Below are positions 9,089 to 17,398 of a DNA stretch of 51,520 bases, piece after piece (the first letter of the stretch is position 1; every line of letters starts with the position of its first letter). The stretch lies in contig CAZOKL010000001.1 of assembly GCA_964580305.1 (NCBI GenBank), positions 19,617-71,136 on the forward strand, in the 5' to 3' direction. Both the position numbers and the translations under genes were made by a program. The notes beneath the pieces were generated by a model that worked only from the letters and a program-made list of their open reading frames with translations, searched no databases and was not told the origin of the DNA. This stretch comes from an uncultured Bacteroides sp. Lineage in GTDB: Bacteria; Bacteroidota; Bacteroidia; Bacteroidales; Bacteroidaceae.

Positions 9089-12000
9089 TTAGAAGTTGAG
9101 GTTTAAACCGAAGACGAACGAGCGGCTCTTCGGATAAGCCGAGTAATCCACGCCCGGAGTCAGATTCGTTGAACGACGAGTAGACACTTCAGGATCGTAG
9201 CCGGAGTAACTTGTCCAACAGAAGAGGTTGTGGCCTGTTACATAGAAACGCAAGCTCTGAATCTTCACTTTGTTCAGTAACGATTTCGGCAGGGAGTAGC
9301 CCAGCGTTATGGTGCTCAGACGGAGGAAAGAACCATCTTCCACAGCCCAATCGGAGAATACATAGTTCTGCATGTAGGGCGACCACATAGTGGTATTGGC
9401 ATTCATGGCAGCCAGTTGTTCGGGATCATTGCAAAGCGTACCGTCTGCATTGAGGTTTGTCCAACGTTTACCATCGGCCATCTCGGTGATCATGTTACGA
9501 TACTTCGAACCGGCAGTGGTTGTGTATTCTATTTTGTTGGCGTTGTACACGTCGTTGCCATAGCTCCACGTAAAGTTGGCAGAAAAATCGAAATTATAAA
9601 CACGCATATTCATACCAAAACCTCCGGTATGCACGGGATTGGCATCGCCGATGATTTCACGGTCGTCCAGTGTCACTACGCCATCGCCTGTAAGGTCTTT
9701 CAGCTTCATGGAACCCGGACGAAGTGTGCCGATAATCTGTGAACAATCGACCACACCCTCACGCAGAATCCAAGTATGAGTGGTTTCGTCATAACCTGAG
9801 AAGTCAGACACCTCATAACGCCCATCACTACGATAGCCGTACATCTGGCCCACAGATCCGCCTACAGCAACCATATAGTCGGCTGTAATATCTGAGCTGG
9901 CCCAGCCTGAACTAGCTGTAAAGTCGCTCATAATGCCCAGCGATTCGATTTTATTCTTGTTGAAACTGATGTTGGCGTTGAAGTCCAAGCCAAAGTTAGC
10001 CTTATTCACTGCAACCCAGTTGATGGAGGCTTCAAAACCTCGGTTAGAAGTCTCGCCCAAGTTGCGATATTGGTCTTCATAACCCGTACCGGAAGTCGGG
10101 AACTGAATGAGCAAATCTTTTGTAGTGTTCCAGTAATATTCCAACGAACCGTTCAAACGTCCACCGAGAAGAGTGTAATCCACACCGATGTTACGCGTAA
10201 TGGTAGTCTCCCATTTCAAATCGGGATTATACATGTGCGAGCTCGGATTCCAGATGGTGTTAGTCGTGTTTATATACACCGCATTACTACCTGTTGTTGA
10301 CTCCCATACTTGTGTGATTTGTCCGCTCGGGATATTATTATTACCAGCTGTACCATAGCTGAAACGCAGCTTCAAGTCGTCAAGCCAATTGCGTGTTTTC
10401 TCCATGAACGGTTCGGCAGAGACGCGCCATGCGACGGCTGCAGAGGGGAAGAAGCCCCATCGATTGCCTTCGGCAAATTTGGAAGAACCATCGGCACGGA
10501 ACGTAGCCGAGAGGAGATACTTGCTGTCATAGTCATAGTTGACACGACCGAACCAAGATAACAGGATGTCATTGGGTGAATAATAATCTTCCACTGAAGA
10601 GGGTACGCCTTGTGTAGTCAAGGAGAAACAGTCGTCGGCTGTGAAACTTGTCGGGAAGCCCAACAACGTGCTGGTCATCTCGCGTTCTTTCTCGATGATG
10701 TATTCCTGACCTACCATAACGTTCAAATGGTGTGAGCTGTTTTTCTGGAACAGGCTTTTAAAATCGTAGCTCAACGTATTGGTGTTGCGGAAGGTGTTAC
10801 GTTCCGTTCCTGTAAGGACAATAGCCGGATAGCCACAATAATCGCCCGCGCGTTGGCGTGAGAAATACGTGGTGAGGCCATAATAGCGGTTGTCATCGTT
10901 GTCGTAGGTGTCCCAACCGAACTCAGTCTTGAATTGGAAGTTCTTGAAAATCTCCCAAGTGAAACTTCCGGCCATATTCAGTGTCTCGCGGCGTTGAATG
11001 CGGTCGTTGTCACTGACAAACTGCATTGGGTTGTAGAGACCAAAATCCTCATCCGTGTCGCCACTGTCATCAGACAAGCCATCCACTGGGAACGGAGTAT
11101 AAAGTATGGAGTTTTTCAGACGAGAGTCAGAGCTGGAATACTCATTTTGTTCATTTGCACCTCCACCGGTCACTTTACGCTTGGCATAGCGTATAGAGAA
11201 ATCGAGCTTTGTGTTCTTAGTCGGTTTCGCATTCAGTTTCAAGCTGAGGTTGTCACGCACGAAGTCAGACATCTGCATGATGGCCTTGTCATCCATGTGT
11301 GAATAGTTGAATGAGAATTTCATCTTATCCGAACCACCGCTAATACTTAAACTGTGGTTGAACGTGTGACCTGTACGGCCAAAGATGATATCCTGCCAGT
11401 CATTGGTTTCCATGTTATCATAAAGGTCGATGTCCTGATAGTTCCCGAAGTACTGAGTATACTGCGTAGGATTGATTTCATTAGGACGGGTGCTGTTATT
11501 CAACATTGCCAGTTCATATTGCCAACGGACGTAGTCACTTGGATCCAGGACGTTGAGTTTGTTGGCCAGATTCTTCACAGAAAGGTAGGCATTATAGCTT
11601 ACGTTAATCTTGCCTTCCTGGCCACTCTTGGTAGTCACGATGATAACACCATTGGCACCGCGTGAACCGTAGATGGCGGTTGAAGAAGCATCCTTCAGCA
11701 CAGTGATGTCTTCGATGTCACTCGCAGGAATATCGCTGATGCTTTCCACTGGGAAACCATCGACAATGTAGAGGGGGTCGTTGCTCTGAGTGATGGAACC
11801 GCCGCCACGCACACGAATCGTCATCTCAGCATCAGGCGAGCCTTCAGTCGTAGTGATGCGCACACCGGCCAGTTTTCCCTGCATGGCCTCCACAGCTGAA
11901 GCCACGGGAACTGCCATCAAGGCTTCATTGCCCACAGTGGCCACAGAACCGGTGATGTCTTTCTTCTTCACCGAGCCGTAACCGATGACCACTACTTCTT

Positions 12001-12322
12001 CGAGACTCTGGGTGTCTTCACGAAGAGTGATTTTTAGCGGAGAATTATCACCTCTTACACGTGCTTCCTGGGTTACATAACCTATATAAGAAAAGACAAG
12101 CGTACTTCCTTCCGGCACATCGGCCAGCTTGAAGTTTCCGTCAAAATCGGTGATGGCGCCTTGTTTTGCACCCTTCACTTGTACACTCACGCCAATCAAA
12201 GGTTCGCCCGTTGGGTCGATTACCGTACCTGTCACGTGCTTACCCTGCGCGAAAGCGAACAGGCAGCATAAACTCATCAGCAGAGTTGCCGCCCATCTTT
12301 TAAAGAGACATTTTTGAATCAT
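9089..12322 (-). CDS. susC: SusC/RagA TonB-dependent transporter
   Basis: N-terminal CarboxypepD-like domain, LEEVVVIGYG, VLKDASSTAIYGSRGANGVIIVTTK plug motif, DLKWETT, C-terminal GLNLNF. Confidence 0.97.
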   Translation of the reverse strand: MIQKCLFKRWAATLLMSLCCLFAFAQGKHVTGTVIDPTGEPLIGVSVQVKGAKQGAITDFDGNFKLADVPEGSTLVFSYIGYVTQEARVRGDNSPLKITLREDTQSLEEVVVIGYGSVKKKDITGSVATVGNEALMAVPVASAVEAMQGKLAGVRITTTEGSPDAEMTIRVRGGGSITQSNDPLYIVDGFPVESISDIPASDIEDITVLKDASSTAIYGSRGANGVIIVTTKSGQEGKINVSYNAYLSVKNLANKLNVLDPSDYVRWQYELAMLNNSTRPNEINPTQYTQYFGNYQDIDLYDNMETNDWQDIIFGRTGHTFNHSLSISGGSDKMKFSFNYSHMDDKAIMQMSDFVRDNLSLKLNAKPTKNTKLDFSIRYAKRKVTGGGANEQNEYSSSDSRLKNSILYTPFPVDGLSDDSGDTDEDFGLYNPMQFVSDNDRIQRRETLNMAGSFTWEIFKNFQFKTEFGWDTYDNDDNRYYGLTTYFSRQRAGDYCGYPAIVLTGTERNTFRNTNTLSYDFKSLFQKNSSHHLNVMVGQEYIIEKEREMTSTLLGFPTSFTADDCFSLTTQGVPSSVEDYYSPNDILLSWFGRVNYDYDSKYLLSATFRADGSSKFAEGNRWGFFPSAAVAWRVSAEPFMEKTRNWLDDLKLRFSYGTAGNNNIPSGQITQVWESTTGSNAVYINTTNTIWNPSSHMYNPDLKWETTITRNIGVDYTLLGGRLNGSLEYYWNTTKDLLIQFPTSGTGYEDQYRNLGETSNRGFEASINWVAVNKANFGLDFNANISFNKNKIESLGIMSDFTASSGWASSDITADYMVAVGGSVGQMYGYRSDGRYEVSDFSGYDETTHTWILREGVVDCSQIIGTLRPGSMKLKDLTGDGVVTLDDREIIGDANPVHTGGFGMNMRVYNFDFSANFTWSYGNDVYNANKIEYTTTAGSKYRNMITEMADGKRWTNLNADGTLCNDPEQLAAMNANTTMWSPYMQNYVFSDWAVEDGSFLRLSTITLGYSLPKSLLNKVKIQSLRFYVTGHNLFCWTSYSGYDPEVSTRRSTNLTPGVDYSAYPKSRSFVFGLNLNF

Positions 12323-12401
12323 AAGCAGAGTTTTTTGGTTATTGATTTAAGTTTGCTAATTATTTCTCTTTTTAGTTTCCTGTAACATGTAAATAGGTGT
12401 G

Positions 12402-12463
12402 CAAAGATAGGATAATAAAACCTAAAACATAGAGGACTATTCGCTTAATAGGGTGGACTATTT
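12402..12463 (-). promoter_or_regulatory. susC promoter with GGACTATT direct-repeat operator (HTCS/AraC-type)
   Basis: Minus-strand TATCTTTG at 12402-12409; GGACTATT at 12434 and 12455 (21-bp spacing); same motif recurs at 15919 and inverted at 15951-15982. Confidence 0.72.
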
Positions 12464-12521
12464 CTCTAAAATCAGGCTATTTTACCCTTCTGCTACTAAA
12501 AAAGAACTGTCGGAAGCCGTA

Positions 12522-13991
12522 TTAAAACAAATCTTCCACCAGCCCGTTCAGATAAACTTCCAGATTCGTATAATGAGGGTCAAGATTGTAGGCCGCACCG
12601 TCGTCAGGATTTGCCGGGTTCAGTCCGTGGGCCTGTTCCCACGCATCAGGCATCCCGTCGCCATCGGTGTCTGTCGGGGCCGCGGTCTGGCGATATTCGC
12701 CCCAGCCGCCCACATCCGAGGGCTGGTCAATCATGCCCAGCGTGCTGCCGTGCGAGCCTTCATAGGTGTATGTCCCCCGACGTACTTCATCAACAATGCG
12801 AGCATCGTGCTTGTCACGACTGAGAGATGCACCGGCATGGAGGAGGACTGATTCGTATGCATCCCATGTGGGCTGCAACGTGGTGTGTTCGGCAATGTCG
12901 AAAGCCTTTGTGGAGAGCAATTTGCTTTTCGGGGCAAACTCATCCTTGACGACCAGTCCGGCCGTGTTGTTCTTATTGACCTCCATTACGGCCTTGCGTT
13001 TCTTCTCGTTCAGCTTATTGCAAGTGGGGTCAATGTAGTTCCCTTCAAAATGGAACACGCCGTGCGTACCTTTTTCATTCTTATTCTTCCCGTCATCGGC
13101 GTAGGCGGTGAAGAGCCGGTTGTAGGACGATTTTGTGGATGTGTAGGGGCCGGGCTTATAATAATTGTTCAAGAAGTTGTAGGAACCACCCTCACCGGCG
13201 TATGCTCCGTCGCTGCCATAATTATATATGACGTTATTGAACAACTCCACCCGTTCCTCCTCAGGCTTACCTGTGTAGCGGCTGCCGCAGAGGCGTGGTG
13301 TGCGGTTGGTGTGATGGGCCAGCAGGTTGTGATGGAAGGTGGCGGGCTGTCCGCCCCAAATGCCACCATAGCCGTGTTTGCCTTTCTCATGAATGGAGTT
13401 TGCAAGGCTCTCGCTGACGATGCACCACTGGAGGGTGAAGTCGCGGTTGTCATAAAACGTGGCACACTCGTCGGTGCTCCAGCTCATGGAGCAGTGGTCA
13501 ATGATGATATTACGGTGATGTGTGAAACCGTTTATTGCATCGTCACCTCGCTGCTTGATGTCGGCTCCCATGCGTGAACGAATGAAACGGATGATTACAT
13601 TGTCGGCCGACACGCCGAGGGTGTAGTTTTTCAGGCAAATGCCGTCACCGGGAGCTGTCTGTCCGGCGATGGTCAGGTCGCCATTGTTGATTTTCAAAGG
13701 CTTGGTCAGTTCGATAATGCCGCTCACGGCAAACACGATGGTGCGTGGCCCTTCTTTCCGGATGGCCCAGCGAAGAGTTCCCTCCGAGCCGTCATCGGCC
13801 AGAGATGTCACCGTGTAGACCTTACCGCCGGCCCCACCGAGGGTATATTTGCCGGCCCCGTCAGCTCCGGGAAAGGCCGGAACTTGCGAGCGGTCGGGAG
13901 TGGGATAGGTATTCAGGCCTTCGGCCTGTGCAGGCAAGAATCCGGTTCCGCCAAGGAGCAGTCCGCATAATAGGTTAATCAGTTTTTTCAT
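12522..13991 (-). CDS. Pectate lyase, PL1-like (signal peptide)
   Basis: AFPGADGAG..T.GG.GG, GDLTIAGQTAPGDGI, IIDHCSMSWSTDE, HHNLLAHH..RTPR, C-terminal DTDGDGMPDAWE. Confidence 0.9.
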   Translation of the reverse strand: MKKLINLLCGLLLGGTGFLPAQAEGLNTYPTPDRSQVPAFPGADGAGKYTLGGAGGKVYTVTSLADDGSEGTLRWAIRKEGPRTIVFAVSGIIELTKPLKINNGDLTIAGQTAPGDGICLKNYTLGVSADNVIIRFIRSRMGADIKQRGDDAINGFTHHRNIIIDHCSMSWSTDECATFYDNRDFTLQWCIVSESLANSIHEKGKHGYGGIWGGQPATFHHNLLAHHTNRTPRLCGSRYTGKPEEERVELFNNVIYNYGSDGAYAGEGGSYNFLNNYYKPGPYTSTKSSYNRLFTAYADDGKNKNEKGTHGVFHFEGNYIDPTCNKLNEKKRKAVMEVNKNNTAGLVVKDEFAPKSKLLSTKAFDIAEHTTLQPTWDAYESVLLHAGASLSRDKHDARIVDEVRRGTYTYEGSHGSTLGMIDQPSDVGGWGEYRQTAAPTDTDGDGMPDAWEQAHGLNPANPDDGAAYNLDPHYTNLEVYLNGLVEDLF

Positions 13992-14008
13992 GGTTTTATA
14001 CTCTTTAA

Positions 14009-15544
14009 TCAGTTTGGAAACAAATCTTCGACAAGGCTGTTCATGTAGACCTCCAGATTTGTGTAGGAGCTGCTCAGGTCATATCCGGCACTGTCGTCCT
14101 GCTCCGGGTCAAGGCCGTTTGCTTTCTCCCACTCGTCGGGCATGCCGTCATTGTCAGAATCGGCCAAGGCCTCGCCTGTATAGGTGGGCCATCCACCCAC
14201 GTCAGAGGGGTCGTCAATGAAGCCATAGTCGCTGCCGTTGCTGCCGGATGCCGTGTAGTCACCGTTGCGCACATTGTTCACCACCCGTTCATCCACAGCA
14301 TCGCGTTGGAGCGAGGCGCCGGCATAGGCCAGCACAGCTTCATAGGCATCTGTGGCCGACTGCGTGTAGTCTGCCGCATCGGACGTAATGGAAAATTCAC
14401 CTGCCGCAAGCAGCTGGTCTGTCGAGATAAAATCATTTTTGGCTATGAGTCCTTTCGTGTTGTCGGCATTTACGGCTGCAATCTGGTTCAGGCGGCTCTG
14501 GTTTTCAATGACCGAGTTGTCAATGTAATTGCCTTGCAGATAAAAATAACCGTATGTGCCGTACTCGTTTAGCGAATTGTTGCTGCCATCATCGGAATAT
14601 GCCACAAACAGATAACTGCACGAATCGCCATTGGTCTCACGCAGGTAAGGGCCCGGTTTGTAGTAGTTGTTCACGAAGTTGTAAGAACCACCCTGACCAC
14701 CGTAAGCTCCTTCGTTACCCCAGTTGTAGATGACGTTGTTGCGCAGGTCGACTTTCTCCTCGGCAGGCAGACCGCTCGAACGGCTGCCATCCAGGCGAGG
14801 CGTGCGGTTGGAGTGATGCGCCAGCAGATTGTGGTGATAGGTGGCAGGTGAGCCGCCCCAGATGCCACCGTAGCCGTGCCCGCCCTTGGTGTGTAACGAG
14901 TTGGTCAGACTTTCTGCAATGATGCACCACTGCATGGTGAAGTTCTTGTTATTATAAAAGGAAGCGCACTCGTCGGTACTCCAGCTCATGGAGCAGTGGT
15001 CGATGATGATGTTACTATAGCCCCGTCCCCAGATAGCATCGCTGCCGTCGGCCTCTTCTTCCGTCAAAGCATCAGCCCCCAAACGGAAGCGCATGAAACG
15101 CACAATGACATTGTCGGCATTGATGACAACCGAGTGATTTCTCACACAAATGCCGTCGCCGGGAGCTGTCTGTCCGGCGATGGTCAGGTCGCCATTTCGC
15201 ACGCGGAGCTCGCTTTGCAGCTCAATGATGCCGCTCACGCGGAACACCACGGTGCGCGCTCCTTCTTCGTTGACAGCCCAACGGAGTGTGCCTTCCGAAC
15301 CGTCGTCGGCAAGCGAGGTGACAACAAGCACCTTTCCTCCTGCGCCGCCACTTGTGTAGCGTCCGGCACCGTAGGCTCCGGGAAAGGCATCCACCGTCGT
15401 GCGGTCGGGTGGTGTTGTCGTGGGATCTTCTGAAGGGTTAGTAACTTCCTGTTCTGGTTCGTCTGTTATCGAGTCTTCGCTCGAACAAGCCATGTTGGCC
15501 AGCAAACCGGCACAACAAACTGCGGTTAACAAATAGTGTTTCAT
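14009..15544 (-). CDS. Pectate lyase, PL1-like lipoprotein
   Basis: NMAC lipobox plus acidic SSEDSITDE; same PL1 motifs as its neighbour (AFPGAYGAG, TIAGQTAPGDGI, IIDHCSMSWSTDE, RTPR, DSDNDGMPDEWE). Confidence 0.9.
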   Translation of the reverse strand: MKHYLLTAVCCAGLLANMACSSEDSITDEPEQEVTNPSEDPTTTPPDRTTVDAFPGAYGAGRYTSGGAGGKVLVVTSLADDGSEGTLRWAVNEEGARTVVFRVSGIIELQSELRVRNGDLTIAGQTAPGDGICVRNHSVVINADNVIVRFMRFRLGADALTEEEADGSDAIWGRGYSNIIIDHCSMSWSTDECASFYNNKNFTMQWCIIAESLTNSLHTKGGHGYGGIWGGSPATYHHNLLAHHSNRTPRLDGSRSSGLPAEEKVDLRNNVIYNWGNEGAYGGQGGSYNFVNNYYKPGPYLRETNGDSCSYLFVAYSDDGSNNSLNEYGTYGYFYLQGNYIDNSVIENQSRLNQIAAVNADNTKGLIAKNDFISTDQLLAAGEFSITSDAADYTQSATDAYEAVLAYAGASLQRDAVDERVVNNVRNGDYTASGSNGSDYGFIDDPSDVGGWPTYTGEALADSDNDGMPDEWEKANGLDPEQDDSAGYDLSSSYTNLEVYMNSLVEDLFPN

Positions 15545-15865
15545 AGATAATAGATGATTGTCTGTTGATGATGTTTATTTGAATAGAATATAGCTTCTCG
15601 CATTCACTGACGATGGCACAAAAACGTATGCCGGGCATTCTTAATGGTATGGCCGAGGGCATCCGTCCCCCGGGGACTATGAGAAAGAGAAAAGGGTGTG
15701 TCGCAATGAAAATCTCCAATACATTGACACAAAGACGCGGGCAGCACCCACAGATGATCAAGAAATGAAAAATCTTGTGTTTTCATGGTCTTGGATTCGA
15801 CTTCCTTTTGACACACCCTTTCTTACTCAACCATAACCTTATTTCCATGAAAAAAAACAACGTCA

Positions 15866-15982
15866 CAAAAATAAGAATGCAACCGCCAAGCCATCAAATA
15901 ATATCTGTTGGGAATGGTGGACTATTTGCCGGGAAAGCCGAGAAAAAACAAATAGTCCACCATTTAAGCGAATTAATCCTCT
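15866..15982. promoter_or_regulatory. Promoter of the lyase operon plus two oppositely oriented operator copies
   Basis: Minus-strand TATTTTTG at 15866-15873; GGACTATT at 15919 (46 nt from the -7 edge, same as at susC); perfect 16-bp inverted repeat AATGGTGGACTATTTG 15913-15928 / 15949-15964. Confidence 0.7.
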
Positions 15983-16023
15983 CTGAAAGTCGGCCAGTCT
16001 GAAGGGAACATGTGCAAGAACAG

Positions 16024-16076
16024 ATAAACGAAGTCCGGCAAAAAGACGGTTGTGCTCTTTGCCGGACTTCGTTTAT
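16024..16076. terminator. Long stem-loop, probable terminator downstream of the TIM-barrel gene
   Basis: 19-bp perfect inverted repeat ATAAACGAAGTCCGGCAAA (16024-16042) / TTTGCCGGACTTCGTTTAT (16058-16076). Confidence 0.78.
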
Positions 16077-16102
16077 GTGTGAGGATATGAATCCTTACGG
16101 TT

Positions 16103-16987
16103 TCAGTTCTGGAAGATGCTTTTCAGGTAGGCGGCATTGGTCCCGTAGTTCTTTTTCACATTGTGCACGTCGGTGGTGTCGCGTGAGCGTTCGATGACGA
16201 GCCAGCCACTCCAGCCCATGTCGTCGAGCGTGGCTTTCACTCGTTTCAGGTCGAGGCGCGTGTTCTTGTCAAGTGTCACGCCGTCGGTGTCGGTGCAGTG
16301 AATGAGTTCGCACAGGTTGTCACATCCCAGGATTTTCAGTTCAGCGCAGACATCGCGTCCGGCCTCGAGTGCGTTTTGAAACTTGAAGTATATCTTGATG
16401 CCCTCCGAATCGATTTCCCGTAGTAGCTCCACGTCACCTTGCGCATCGAGCGAAGTCTCGATGCCGATGATGCGTCCTTCGCGTGCAGCCATGTCGCCGA
16501 TGACTTTCAAGCGGTGCACCAGCTCGGGACGTATCTCCGGGTTCTTCTTCAGGTCGCATGGGCCGAGCGGCAGGAATGCAGTCCTTACGTCCATGGCTTT
16601 CATCGTGTTGAGACAGTCCTGCACGAGGTCGGCATAGTTGTCACGTGCCAGGATGGACTGTCCGTAGAAACCTGACATGGCTATGGAGGATATTTCAACG
16701 TTGTTTTCTTTCGCTGTCTCTTTAAAGAGTTTTTGAAAATGCGGATAGCGGAGCTTGTTGTCAAACGTGTCGCGTTTGCCCAGTCCGCCCATGTCAACTT
16801 CAATGCCGTCGCACCCGATTTCACGTGCCAGGGCAAACTCTCCAATCTTTTGGCGTTTGAGAATCATCCAGTCACATACGGAGATTTTATAACGCTCCTT
16901 TACGGGACGCATGGGAAACACTTCGCCCGGTAGCAGGGTGACAAACATGAGCAAAAGGGAAAGAGAAGGGGTAATCAGTCTTTTCAT
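16103..16987 (-). CDS. Sugar phosphate isomerase/epimerase family (xylose-isomerase-like TIM barrel) with signal peptide
   Basis: DGIEV, IGIET, IHCTDTD, GWSGWLVIER motifs; start placed at ATG 16987 (MKRLITPSLSLLL) because a -7 TAACTTTG lies at 17025-17032. Confidence 0.8.
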   Translation of the reverse strand: MKRLITPSLSLLLMFVTLLPGEVFPMRPVKERYKISVCDWMILKRQKIGEFALAREIGCDGIEVDMGGLGKRDTFDNKLRYPHFQKLFKETAKENNVEISSIAMSGFYGQSILARDNYADLVQDCLNTMKAMDVRTAFLPLGPCDLKKNPEIRPELVHRLKVIGDMAAREGRIIGIETSLDAQGDVELLREIDSEGIKIYFKFQNALEAGRDVCAELKILGCDNLCELIHCTDTDGVTLDKNTRLDLKRVKATLDDMGWSGWLVIERSRDTTDVHNVKKNYGTNAAYLKSIFQN

Positions 16988-17125
16988 AGTAAAAGTATAT
17001 GTTTTGTACTTATATTTCAACGGACAAAGTTAGGTGTTTTTTTAGTCGTTGCAATGCTTTGACATTCAAAATGTGTCTTCTTGCCATTTGTTCCTGAAAA
17101 TGAGGGCTTTTGACCCTCTCGTGAG

Positions 17126-17205
17126 CGGAGTAGAGGGCGGCCGGATGCCGAAAGGAAGGCGGGCGGGAGCGGAAAGGAGGGCAGGAAAGGGCGGAAAGGA
17201 GGGCG
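17126..17205 (+). repeat. 22-bp periodic tandem array B (4 units)
   Basis: Cores at 17126 CGGAGTAGAGGGCG, 17148 CCGAAAGGAAGGCG, 17170 CGGAAAGGAGGGCA, 17192 CGGAAAGGAGGGCG. Confidence 0.92.
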
Positions 17206-17398
17206 GCCCGGGATGGGGAAAAGACCATGGGTGTGCCTGGAGGAATAAATGGTGGAAAAACAAAGGCCGTTCGCTGTGAATGTGTTACTTTTGCACGAGT
17301 TTCACTTCGTCTTCTCCCGGCCGATGGCAGAAAAGAATGTATCGGGAGCAGCTTTCGGAGTGATTTTTCAGAATATATAATTATGTAATTATGGTTCT

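Noticed and set aside
15913-15964. 16-bp inverted repeat as an invertible promoter
   Set aside because: Only 20 bp lie between the arms, no -7 element is inside, and the arms are better explained as two operator copies matching the susC site.
17010-17279. Short Pro/Arg/Gly-rich ORFs over the arrays (also 5354-5647, 21885-22100, 35372-35572, 41122-41424, 51044-51319)
   Set aside because: The 22-bp period breaks frame each unit; these are stop-poor GC-rich by-products with no shared protein motif.
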